This document shows positions 10,363-19,598 of a DNA stretch of 64,000 nt, in pieces (the first letter of the stretch is position 1; each line of letters starts with the position of its first letter). The translations under genes and the position numbers were made by a program. A model generated the notes under the pieces. The model had not been told where the DNA came from. It worked only from the letters and a program-made list of their open reading frames with translations, and searched no databases. This DNA is from a virus (Duplodnaviria; Caudoviricetes): IMG/VR virus record IMGVR_UViG_3300010347_000503, positions 1-64,000 of that record; one strand, given 5' to 3'.

Positions 10363-10680
10363 TCCCCCTCTTTCTATGAGTGGACCGCGCGCGAACGCGC
10401 CCGGTCCAAAATTTCATTATAACACAGGTTCTAAGGTTTTGTCAAGTGAAAATTGCAAATTTTTTAAAAAAATATTTTTCCTAAAATAATTGACAAATAA
10501 ATAAAAATATATTATAATGATTATAGTAACAAGATAAAGGGGCTTGTAAAACTTGAAACGAAACCCCGACAAGTGTGTAAGGAAGTCAATGTGCGCATAG
10601 GGTTGGAATAATCTTGAAAAAGGGCATTGACAATCTCCTTTAACTATGTTACAATAGTAATAGAAAGAGAGGTAAGAACT

Positions 10681-11187
10681 ATGAAAGGGATGAAGAAACT
10701 TAACAAGGCAATTAAAGCGGAAGTTGCGAAGTTTGGAATTGAAAAAATCTCCATGGGTGACTGGGAATGGCGGATGGATAACCACTCTATTGAATACACC
10801 TTACTTGAAAATCGTATGGAAGATATTTTCTTTCTGAAATTTGTAAAAGAGCGTTTTGGATATAAACCACTTAACTGTTTCATGCTTTCTTTATTCCATG
10901 AAATCGGGCATAACATGACGTATGAGGATTTAATGGAAAGTGATGTCATTTATGATTTTTGTCAGGCGGAAAAGAACCGCATCGAAAAAGAGATGGCATC
11001 CATTGAAACAAAAAAGCAAGCAAAAAAACTTGAATATCAGTATTTCAACCTCCCCGATGAGATTGTGGCAACTGCTTGGGCGGTAGACTACATGGAAACC
11101 CATGAAGAGGAAATCATGGGAATGTGGGAGAGAATTAAAAAAGAAATTGTAAAATTTTATGAAAAAAACCTTGACACGGAAGAATAA
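10681..11187 (+). CDS. Hypothetical protein with a possible HExxH zinc motif
   Basis: LFHEIGH motif; RBS GAGAGG before ATG 10681. Confidence 0.6.
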   Translation: MKGMKKLNKAIKAEVAKFGIEKISMGDWEWRMDNHSIEYTLLENRMEDIFFLKFVKERFGYKPLNCFMLSLFHEIGHNMTYEDLMESDVIYDFCQAEKNRIEKEMASIETKKQAKKLEYQYFNLPDEIVATAWAVDYMETHEEEIMGMWERIKKEIVKFYEKNLDTEE

Positions 11188-11726
11188 ATGTAGTATAATG
11201 ACAATGTAAAATAACAAAGAGGGCTAAAAAGCCCTCTTTTTATGAGTGGCGCGTTTTGGAACAAAACGCGCCAAATTCACCATTATACCATACCCTTGAG
11301 ATTTTGTCAAGCGAAAAATCAAAAAAAATTGTACAAAGATCTATCCCATAATTAGTGCATCTTTCCGATATTGATTTTTTAAAAATTTTTTGTTATAATA
11401 AATACATAAGATAAAGAAAGAAATAAAAAGTGGAAGAGGAAAGTTTCAAGCAACTTCAATCGGTCTCACCGCCACTTCAAAAAATAGGAAAAACCAAAAA
11501 AAATGCTTGACAAGCACAAAAGAATATGATATAATAAATACATAAGATAAAAGGAAGCGACTTAACAGGGCGGGAAACCCTAAATAGTGCGCACGGGGTA
11601 AACAAGACAGTCAATTCCGAGGTTTGAAAACCTACTAAAAAAAATTCAAAAAAGTGCTTGACAATTAAAACTGAATATGGTACAATAATAATGTAAACAA
11701 AAACAATCCAACCAAGAGAGGAATTG

Positions 11727-12080
11727 ATGAAAATGGAAAAGATGACAAATGTAAAGGCACTGGCGTTCGCAATCGAGAATGGTGACTTTCCGCAGGAAGT
11801 AACCGACAAGTTGGTAGCGATTAAGACTTCCTTTGAAAAGAAGTCGGAAAACAAAAAGCCTACCGCAAATCAGGCGGCAAATGAGGACTACAAGGCAACT
11901 ATCCTCAATGTACTTGATGGAGTAGGCGCAGTAACCGTCACCGAGTTACAGGGTAAGGATGAAACCCTTGGCGCATTGTCTAATCAGAGAGTGAGCGCAC
12001 TTCTTCGTCAGTTGGTTGAGGCTGGTAAGGTCGTCAAGACGATGAACAAGAAGAAAGCACTTTTCGCACTTGCGGAATAA
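11727..12080 (+). CDS. Winged-helix DNA-binding protein (paralog of 6735-7094)
   Basis: Shares MEKMTNVKAL, TANQ..NE..KATI and LSNQRVSALLRQL with the first copy. Confidence 0.7.
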   Translation: MKMEKMTNVKALAFAIENGDFPQEVTDKLVAIKTSFEKKSENKKPTANQAANEDYKATILNVLDGVGAVTVTELQGKDETLGALSNQRVSALLRQLVEAGKVVKTMNKKKALFALAE

Positions 12081-12140
12081 ATCATATAGGCAGTGGGGGC
12101 AAGGCACATAATCCCTTGCCCCACTTGAAAGGGGGAACAA

Positions 12141-12548
12141 ATGCGATACACATTAGCAAATGGCAAGACAATTTCAATTCCCGATGATGAAATAAAAGCA
12201 AATATGAAACTAGGTATCACCGAAAATGAAGCGGTTGAAATGTGGCTTGAGGATAATGAGTATGAAGTCAACGAGGAACAAACCGCATTAGAGGAAAAAG
12301 CCAAGGGTATGAAAATTGACCACGGAGCAGGCAACGCAGAACGTAAAAAGTCCTCTAAACCTAGAACCGTACACACTTCAGACGAGAAAAAAGAGCTATT
12401 TGAAACCATTTTAGCTAATATTGACCGCGCGGAGGGCGTTGAACGTGAAAATATCGAAATTTTAAAGGAAAATAAGCTGATTCAGGTGAAAATCGGGGCA
12501 AAAACTTTCAAAATTGACCTAATTGAGTGCAGACCGCCTAAAAAATAG
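12141..12548 (+). CDS. Hypothetical protein
   Basis: RBS GGGGG; from the ORF track. Confidence 0.7.
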   Translation: MRYTLANGKTISIPDDEIKANMKLGITENEAVEMWLEDNEYEVNEEQTALEEKAKGMKIDHGAGNAERKKSSKPRTVHTSDEKKELFETILANIDRAEGVERENIEILKENKLIQVKIGAKTFKIDLIECRPPKK

Positions 12549-12786
12549 GCGGTTTTTGTTATGAGTGGCGCATTTTCGAACGAAAATGCGCCAAATTTCC
12601 ATTATAACACAGGTTTTGAGGTTTTGTCAAGTGATTTTTTCAAAAAAAATGCACAAATTTTGATCCCGAAATTTGTGCAACATTCACCGCAAAAATCGCT
12701 TGCATTTCTATTCTATTGTGTTATAATGAATACATAAGGTAACAACAAACAACACCAACAAAAAGAAAGAGAGGTTTTAAACCAAA

Positions 12787-13746
12787 ATGAAAAAAAAGTA
12801 TTATCTTGTACTTGACACCGAAACCGCAACACTGCCGTTCGCAAATGATTTATGCAAGTCTACAAAGGACAAGCAGAAAATCGCAATCGCAAAACCGCTT
12901 GTATATGACATCGGTTGGGTAATTATTGACCGTCTGGGTAATATCGTCAAGAAAGTTAATTATCTGGTTCAGGAAACTTTCTTTGTACCAAACGTATTCA
13001 ACACCGCATATTATAAGGACAAGCGCCCTATTTATATGAACTTGCTTGCAAATGGTTTGATAACCGCAAAATGTTGGAACGATATTATGAATGAACTTGA
13101 ATACGACTTGTCGGGATGTGACCTTGTAACCGCTTATAACGCTTGTTTCGACTTCAAGAAAGCAATTCCGTTTACCGAACGCTATATATATCATTTGTAT
13201 CGGAGTGATTATAATGAGTGGGAAGCAGGACAGCGCAAGCACTGTAATCGCCTTGTGAATGGGGCAAAAGATGATAGCGATGGAAACCCCGAATATTTAA
13301 CCCCTGTATTCAAGTTAAGATGTAAGGAATATCCGATGTGCGACTTGTGGGGGCTGGCTTGTGAACGTCTTATCAATATAGACAAATACCGCAATTATTG
13401 TTTAGAGTATGGACTTTTAACAGCAAGCGCAATCTATTTCAAAACAAGTGCGGAAACAAGTTTCCAGTATCTTATGCAAAATTACGACTTTATCGAAGAC
13501 CACACCGCTTTAAACGATGCAATTATTGAAAGTCAGATTTTAGCAAAAGGTCTGAAAAAAGGTGCGGTAAATCCGATGGTGACTGCTTTTCCGTTCCGTG
13601 AACTCGGCACAACTTACGATTATGTGCTGAACAAAAAGCCGAAATATAGAGAAAATCTGCGGAGTTGCCTTGAGGAATATATGGAAACACTGAACGAGGG
13701 AACGGCATATTATACACGGATGGAAAGCATTTTAGCACAGCTTTAA
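12787..13746 (+). CDS. DEDDh 3'-5' exonuclease
   Basis: LDTET (ExoI), AYNACFD (ExoII) and HTALND (ExoIII). Confidence 0.8.
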   Translation: MKKKYYLVLDTETATLPFANDLCKSTKDKQKIAIAKPLVYDIGWVIIDRLGNIVKKVNYLVQETFFVPNVFNTAYYKDKRPIYMNLLANGLITAKCWNDIMNELEYDLSGCDLVTAYNACFDFKKAIPFTERYIYHLYRSDYNEWEAGQRKHCNRLVNGAKDDSDGNPEYLTPVFKLRCKEYPMCDLWGLACERLINIDKYRNYCLEYGLLTASAIYFKTSAETSFQYLMQNYDFIEDHTALNDAIIESQILAKGLKKGAVNPMVTAFPFRELGTTYDYVLNKKPKYRENLRSCLEEYMETLNEGTAYYTRMESILAQL

Positions 13747-13983
13747 AAAGCGGGGAACCCCTAGGGGCTCCCTTTTCTAATGCCTTGAGCGGTGCGTGCA
13801 GGAACGGCACGCACCGAATTCACAATTATATCATATTTTCAAGGTTTTGTCAAGTAAAAATTCAAAAAAAAATGCACAAAATTTTATCCCATAATTTGTA
13901 CTTGACGATATAAAAAAATTATATTATAATGATTATAACAAAACAAATAATAATTATAGAAAATGAAAGAGAGGAAAAGAAAA

Positions 13984-14172
13984 ATGTTTGAAAATTTAAA
14001 AAAGGAATTAGATATTAGTAAAACTATAATAGCTGTAACAGATATATTTACTGATTTTTATGCAAGTACAGAAAGAGAGGGTATTCAATTAAAGACACAA
14101 AAAGGAAATTATATTGAATTATATAATGATGGTACTTGGACATATTATGAGGGAGAAAATGATGAGAATTGA
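13984..14172 (+). CDS. Hypothetical protein
   Basis: RBS GAGAGG; from the ORF track. Confidence 0.6.
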   Translation: MFENLKKELDISKTIIAVTDIFTDFYASTEREGIQLKTQKGNYIELYNDGTWTYYEGENDEN

Positions 14173-14265
14173 TGGAGAAAATAAAAGAAATTTTCAAAAA
14201 GATCTTGACAAAGCGTTGAATCAGTGATATAATAAATATATCAAAACAAGAGAGGAGATAATCAA

Positions 14266-14493
14266 ATGAGAAAATTTCGTCCCGAAAGTTGGCAGTCACA
14301 AGCAAGAGAAAGAGGTGATATGCTTTATCGCAGACTTGCCGATGGTATTTATAGCAATGAAAATCAGATAATTAAATATTTTGCTCTCGGTTATGAGTTT
14401 GATATGGATAGACAGAGAAGAAAATATGTAGAGCAGAGAGCCGCAAAAAGAGTAAACAGATTAATAAATAAATATGATATAAGGGAGGACTAA
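14266..14493 (+). CDS. Hypothetical basic protein
   Basis: RBS GAGGAG; has a promoter. Confidence 0.65.
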   Translation: MRKFRPESWQSQARERGDMLYRRLADGIYSNENQIIKYFALGYEFDMDRQRRKYVEQRAAKRVNRLINKYDIRED

Positions 14494-14496
14494 AAA

Positions 14497-14688
14497 ATGA
14501 CATTTGAAAAATTAGTAGATGAAGTACAGGGTAGCATAGAATACGCGTTAGGACATTTAATCTTTTTTGTAAATATGGCATATCGAGATGACCTTTCAAA
14601 AGAAGAGATTTTCAAAGCAATCAGACGAGGTCTTGAGGCTGTAGTCAGTGGATATGAAAGTGAGTATGATGAAGATGACGAAGAATGA
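14497..14688 (+). CDS. Hypothetical acidic protein
   Basis: RBS GGAGG. Confidence 0.65.
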   Translation: MTFEKLVDEVQGSIEYALGHLIFFVNMAYRDDLSKEEIFKAIRRGLEAVVSGYESEYDEDDEE

Positions 14689-15447
14689 AATTCAGTCACT
14701 CATCGGAGCTTTTGCAAAAGAATATGGTGTGGGGGATTGACATCCCCCATTTTTTATTATCCTAGGGTTAGTTACAACTAACTTGCCCGGCGCGCGCACG
14801 AACGTGACGCGCCGATTCCAGCCCCGCGATCCCCATAGGCATTTTTCATATGGATGTTTGAACTGTTTGTTTCATTTCCTCCGTCCCGAAATTCAATCCC
14901 ATATGCCGCACCAACTTGACTTTTTAAAAAATTTTTGATATAATATTAAAAAAACCCTAAAAAAATCCGGTTCCCGCTCCCCTTAAGTGAATTTGCTTCT
15001 TTCGTTACGAAACGGTAAAATATTCGTGCGATGGGTTTTAATTACAATAGAAAGGACTACAGCTAACGCTGTGGTTATATTTCTAGTAAAGCCGCTCGAC
15101 TTGATTTTTTATAAAATTTATGATATAATTAATATATAAAAGAAGCGGGGTGTGGTGCCAATACGGGAGCGCAAACACTTGAGCTGCTTATATATATAAG
15201 CGCTTGACTTTTTTAAAAATTTATGATATAATATTAAAAAAACCCTATTTTTTTTCGCCACCCTAATTTTGGGCTGTAGCCTTCACCGCCATAAAAATGA
15301 TAAAATATTCGCGGCACTAGTTTTTATTGCAGTACAGCTCACAAGAGCACCCGTAAAATCCAAAAAACTCAACGAACCTCTCTCTTGACATTTTTGAAAA
15401 TTTATGATATAATATAATTATAAACAATAGAAAGGAATAATAAAGAG

Positions 15448-15617
15448 ATGATGACACGAGAATATGAACTTATTAAAGAACTTGTAGAGCGGGGAACCTG
15501 CCTTGAGTATATGAAAAGAAAATCAAAGATGTAGATTTTCCAAAAACAAAAGTAGAAGTGAAATTAAGTGATGATGCGATGAACACCTGGTTGAAAAGAA
15601 ATGGTTACTCTTTCTGA
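15448..15617 (+). pseudogene. Small ORF apparently broken by a 1-nt frameshift
   Basis: MMTREYELIKELVERGTCL is continued plausibly in the -1 frame (VYEKKIKDVDFPKTKVEV...GYSF*). Confidence 0.35.
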
Positions 15618-15705
15618 GTAACCATTTTTTGCACCTTGAAAATTGAATACGATTGCGGGAAGGGGGATTAAATAAAAAATAGATAAAACTGGTCCAGGGC
15701 CACCC

Positions 15706-15834
15706 AACATCGCTTATTTAACATCGCTTATTTAACATCGCTTATTTAACATCGCTTATTTAACATCGCTTATTTAACATCGCTTATTTAAGTATTACCC
15801 AACATCGCTTATTTAAGTCCAACATCGCTTATTT
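15706..15834. repeat. 14-bp iteron-like repeat AACATCGCTTATTT x8
   Basis: Six perfect tandem copies at 15706-15789, plus copies at 15801 and 15821. Confidence 0.9.
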
Positions 15835-15870
15835 AAGTATTTTTTCCAATTTCTTTCAGGCGGTAGATCG

Positions 15871-16320
15871 TTAGGTCTGCTGCTCCCGCTGCTTATCTAC
15901 CCAACAATTATCTTCTAAATAAGCATCAAATCCTGCCGCTAATCTATTATACACTTCATTCGTAAAACATTCGTCTAATATAGACTTCTTTAATTTATTT
16001 TCTACAGGCAACTTATCAACCATATTATATATTTCTATCATTCTCATAAGAGTATCTTTACTTTCTTTTTTCAATAAATAAAAATAAATATCTTCATCAA
16101 CTACATGATATATATTATCATCAAATATATAATTATCTTCTAACATACATACTTTCAGTTCTGCTATAGTTCTTTCTTCTACTTCTTTTATCTTAACAGG
16201 ATCTCTAGTCTCTTTTAAAATTTTTTCTGCCTCTTCAGAATAAACTCTATAACCCAAATCTTCTGCGATCATTTTTATAGTTTCATTTCTCATTTTTTCC
16301 AACGGTATCACAAATTTCAT
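15871..16320 (-). CDS. Hypothetical protein
   Basis: RBS GGAGG; from the ORF track. Confidence 0.7.
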   Translation of the reverse strand: MKFVIPLEKMRNETIKMIAEDLGYRVYSEEAEKILKETRDPVKIKEVEERTIAELKVCMLEDNYIFDDNIYHVVDEDIYFYLLKKESKDTLMRMIEIYNMVDKLPVENKLKKSILDECFTNEVYNRLAAGFDAYLEDNCWVDKQREQQT

Positions 16321-16406
16321 ATTAAGCCTCCATTTTCTACCCTGATTTTCATTTTATATACCCCCATTCATTCATATCCAGCCCATCTTAAACATATCTA
16401 CCCCCA

Positions 16407-17195
16407 TTAAAATCCCCATTCTTCTACGAAATTCTGAATTTTACTTTCCAACTCGCCTTCGTCTTGCTTTATATTATTATTATTATTTTTATTATCTCTT
16501 ATATTATATTGTGAATTGTCACGCTTACACTCTTTGTAGATCAATGAATTACACTCATCGCTATCAGTGTAAGTTTGTGAATTACACTCTTTAAGAGTGT
16601 AATTCATACAATTACCCTCATCAGTGTAATTCATACAATTACCCTCATCAGTGTAATTCATACAATTACCCTCATCAGTGTAATTCATACAATTACCCTC
16701 ATCAGTGTAAGTTTGTAACATACTCTCATCAGTGTAATTCATACAATTACTCTCATCAGTGGTATTGATTAAACTACTCTCATCAGTGTAAGTTTTACAA
16801 TTACTCTCTTTTAAATTAACAAATTTTGCTCCATCTTGATAAATTTTATCATAATGAATAATAATATAACTTTTACCTTCTGCTTCTTCTAAAGATAACC
16901 AACCTTTTTCTATTAAAGCAGTTCTATTTTTATAATACGCATCTTTACTAATATTGCAGCGGGAGGTAATAGTCTCCAAGCTAATATCAAATTTTTCTTC
17001 CGCGTTTCCAGTTAAAAATAACATTATTTTATACTGAACAATAGCTTTAGGATCTAAACAATTAGCAATAATAGCTTCTAATTCATGCGGACGAATTGCT
17101 TTTCCCCAAGCTTTTCTTTCAATATTTAAATAAATAGGATCTTTTTTACCAATACTTCTTATTTTAGGAGCTTGACCTAAATTATTTTTTGGCAT
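16407..17195 (-). CDS. Replication initiator-like wHTH protein with an internal 9-aa (27-bp) repeat
   Basis: HTH-like FDISLETITSRCNISKDAYYKNRTALIEKGWL, then repeated NCMNYTDEG. Confidence 0.6.
   Translation of the reverse strand: MPKNNLGQAPKIRSIGKKDPIYLNIERKAWGKAIRPHELEAIIANCLDPKAIVQYKIMLFLTGNAEEKFDISLETITSRCNISKDAYYKNRTALIEKGWLSLEEAEGKSYIIIHYDKIYQDGAKFVNLKESNCKTYTDESSLINTTDESNCMNYTDESMLQTYTDEGNCMNYTDEGNCMNYTDEGNCMNYTDEGNCMNYTLKECNSQTYTDSDECNSLIYKECKRDNSQYNIRDNKNNNNNIKQDEGELESKIQNFVEEWGF
16555..16810. repeat. 27-bp direct repeats (CTCATCAGTGTAATTCATACAATTACC) inside the Rep-like gene
   Basis: Three perfect tandem copies plus several degenerate copies. Confidence 0.9.
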
Positions 17196-17213
17196 ATTTG
17201 GCTACCCCCTCTA

Positions 17214-17387
17214 TCAAGATTTTTGAGTAAATTGTTTTAAAGCCAACTGAAACTCTTTACTATCTTCAAAGAAGTAGCAATTAAATTCTGGTTTGTGAGG
17301 ATTTATGCCAACTTTAACAATAGCAAAACCTAATTTTTGTAAGGCTAAAGCTATTCTCTTTGTATATATTATATAGTATTTTGGCAT
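17214..17387 (-). CDS. 57-aa protein resembling DUF5659-type small phage proteins
   Basis: MPKYYIIYTKRIALALQKLGF...NPHKPEFNCYFFEDS; not in the ORF track; overlaps the RHH stop. Confidence 0.6.
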   Translation of the reverse strand: MPKYYIIYTKRIALALQKLGFAIVKVGINPHKPEFNCYFFEDSKEFQLALKQFTQKS

Positions 17388-17530
17388 TTTGTTTCCCCTT
17401 CTTCTTTTTTAATATAATATTTTTGAAGTATTTCTTTAGCCACCCAAGAAATACTTCGATCATTTTCCTGAGCTGTTTTTGTTAATTTTTCTTTTAACTC
17501 CTCAGAAATACTAATTGTAATTCTTTCCAT
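17369..17530 (-). CDS. Ribbon-helix-helix (CopG/Arc-like) regulator
   Basis: MERITISISEELKEKLTKTAQENDRSISWVAKEILQKYY; RBS AAGGAGG. Confidence 0.8.
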   Translation of the reverse strand: MERITISISEELKEKLTKTAQENDRSISWVAKEILQKYYIKKEEGETKCQNTI

Positions 17531-17561
17531 TTTATTCCTCCTTATTTTATGCATCATTTCA

Positions 17562-17597
17562 CTTCACACATCTTCACTGTGCTTCACTGTGCTTCAC
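17562..17597. repeat. Four CTTCAC direct repeats at a 10-bp period upstream of the RHH gene (candidate operator)
   Basis: CTTCAC at 17562, 17572, 17582 and 17592. Confidence 0.6.
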
Positions 17598-17685
17598 AAG
17601 TATATAAAAATAAAGCGAAGCATATTTAAATACTCCGCCCAGTTTTTTCTTAAAATTTTGCGGAAACCCTTGCTTTTATGCTGCA

Positions 17686-17835
17686 TTAGGGCTCGTTCTC
17701 CACATCTACACCTTCCTCCACAACAATTTTTTCATACCTAAAAGATTCTGGTTCATTATAAAAAGATACAAATATAGCCCAAATAATCCCCAAACCTAGG
17801 ATTACCGCAATAACTTTCAAAACCTTAATCACCAT
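17686..17835 (-). CDS. Small membrane protein (49 aa)
   Basis: MVIKVLKVIAVILGLGIIWAIFVSF...; RBS GGAGGGTG. Confidence 0.55.
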   Translation of the reverse strand: MVIKVLKVIAVILGLGIIWAIFVSFYNEPESFRYEKIVVEEGVDVENEP

Positions 17836-17841
17836 AAAAGC

Positions 17842-18054
17842 TCACCCTCCCGCAAATAGATAATTAAGTCCCCAAATACTAACAAACAAAAGCAAAAAAG
17901 CTAATACAACACTAATAACTTGAACTATAATTTTTCTACTCCTCTCCGCTTTCTTTTGTGGATCATAAATGAAATTAAGAGAAAAACATATCAATATCAC
18001 AGTAAAAAAGTTCAAAAATATTCCAGTCCAAATATAAAATATTATATCACCCAT
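17842..18054 (-). CDS. Two-TM membrane protein
   Basis: RBS AAGGAGG before ATG 18054. Confidence 0.65.
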   Translation of the reverse strand: MGDIIFYIWTGIFLNFFTVILICFSLNFIYDPQKKAERSRKIIVQVISVVLAFLLLFVSIWGLNYLFAGG

Positions 18055-18171
18055 ATCTTTTATTTCCTCCTTTATATTTCTATAATAACATAAATTTTCT
18101 GACAAATCAAATTAATGCATCATATTTGCTTTTTTCAAAATTTTATGATATAATAAAAATATAGAAATAAT

Positions 18172-18405
18172 ATGGAAGAAATAAAAATGATAACAAGCTA
18201 TTTAATATATATTATTCTTGGTATTATTTTCTTTACAATAGGCTATTGTGTAGGATCTATATCCTATTCAAAAGAAGTAGAAACATTAGAAGATTTATCG
18301 CGGGAAGCCGATTCTAAAACAAATAAAAACCGAATAATATTGTCCGTTCTCGTAATTTCGGAAAGTAAATTGAAATTCTTGGATCCCCTTTATTTTTTCT
18401 TATAA
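18172..18405 (+). CDS. Membrane-anchored hypothetical protein
   Basis: From the ORF track; N-terminal TM; has a promoter. Confidence 0.45.
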   Translation: MEEIKMITSYLIYIILGIIFFTIGYCVGSISYSKEVETLEDLSREADSKTNKNRIILSVLVISESKLKFLDPLYFFL

Positions 18406-18488
18406 AGGGGATTTTCTTCATACTTTATTTTTTATAAAATTTTTGATATAATAATAATAATATAAGAAGAGAAAAGGAGTTGATAATA

Positions 18489-19175
18489 ATGAGTTACGAA
18501 GATTACTTAAAGTTAGACATTCCCGCAGAGTTTGGACCACAGGATTGGGACGATGAAATTTTTGACGACTATTTTATTTATAGTCAGCTCAATCCCTCTG
18601 TTGTTACTAAATGGGGTGTAACTCAATTTGTTATTATCGACAATAGATTAGATGAAGTTATTAAAATCCCGTTTACTGGTTGTTTTGCAACTCAATATGA
18701 TCACGAAACTGGAACATATAATTATGAAAATGCAGAATTTGAATGTTATACTCGTAACTATATGAAAATTGCGGAAGATATTTATAACAGGGCTGAAAAT
18801 GCGGGAGTTGCTGAGTTCTTCGCTAAGATGACATTTATAGGAGAAACCAAGAATGGGATACCCGTCTTCCGCCAGGAATATGTTACCCCATATGATGATT
18901 ATGCAAGTGATTCTACTCCTAGTGAAAATAGTCTTACTCTTGTAAAGAAAAACAAAGATAAAGACTATGATAGTTATAAAAAATGGTCTATTTTCGCGAA
19001 TGATTGGACTGCTTATGCGGTAGATATTTATGGTTTTGATTATGTTAGTAGATTTTTAGACTTTGTTTTAAAAGAACAGAATCATGGCAAATTATTGGAT
19101 TTGCATTTAGGAAATTATGGATGGCGGAAGGACGGAACTCCTGCTATTTTGGATTGGGCAGGGTATGAAGAATGA
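18489..19175 (+). CDS. Protein-kinase-like fold protein
   Basis: VIKIPF (VAIK-like), DLHLGNYG catalytic loop and ILDWAG (DFG-like). Confidence 0.65.
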   Translation: MSYEDYLKLDIPAEFGPQDWDDEIFDDYFIYSQLNPSVVTKWGVTQFVIIDNRLDEVIKIPFTGCFATQYDHETGTYNYENAEFECYTRNYMKIAEDIYNRAENAGVAEFFAKMTFIGETKNGIPVFRQEYVTPYDDYASDSTPSENSLTLVKKNKDKDYDSYKKWSIFANDWTAYAVDIYGFDYVSRFLDFVLKEQNHGKLLDLHLGNYGWRKDGTPAILDWAGYEE

Positions 19176-19342
19176 TTAATACATGGATAGAAAAATATTA
19201 TACAACAGAAGATGATTGGGGAGTAATTAATCATCATTATTATATTTGTCCTAAATGTGAAATAAAAGTTAAAGAAAAAAGTAATTATTGCCCGAACTGC
19301 GGAGCAAAAAAACAGGAGGTAGAAGAAAATGAAAAAACCTAA
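19172..19342 (+). CDS. Zinc-ribbon protein
   Basis: CPKC...CPNCG. Confidence 0.65.
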   Translation: MINTWIEKYYTTEDDWGVINHHYYICPKCEIKVKEKSNYCPNCGAKKQEVEENEKT

Positions 19343-19586
19343 AACTATTGGAGAATGGATTTACCCTTTAAAATCTACTTGTTCATTATATCTTGTAATT
19401 TGGCATAAAGAAGATAATAATGATCCTTTATGGGAAGGTTTTCTTTCTGATTTTCCTATGAGCCTTATGGATCTTAAGTTAGATTATAATTATAAAGGTG
19501 GCGGAGATTATATACCTATCGACTTTCGTCATGGACTTGGTCCGAATGGAAAACGAACAGGTTTTGTAATTTTAGTAAAAGATTAA
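19329..19586 (+). CDS. Hypothetical protein
   Basis: RBS CAGGAGG. Confidence 0.65.
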   Translation: MKKPKTIGEWIYPLKSTCSLYLVIWHKEDNNDPLWEGFLSDFPMSLMDLKLDYNYKGGGDYIPIDFRHGLGPNGKRTGFVILVKD

Positions 19587-19598
19587 AGGAGAAAAAAT

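Larger units (their letters stand above)
3364..14813. repeat. Dispersed intergenic cassette-boundary repeat (GC hairpin, antisense promoter, 11-8-11 dyad)
   Basis: At least ten copies of the hairpin/antisense-promoter unit and at least seven of the dyad (see findings). Confidence 0.8.

Noticed and set aside
15706-15834. CRISPR array
   Set aside because: The 14-bp units are directly tandem with no unique spacers, and no cas genes are seen.
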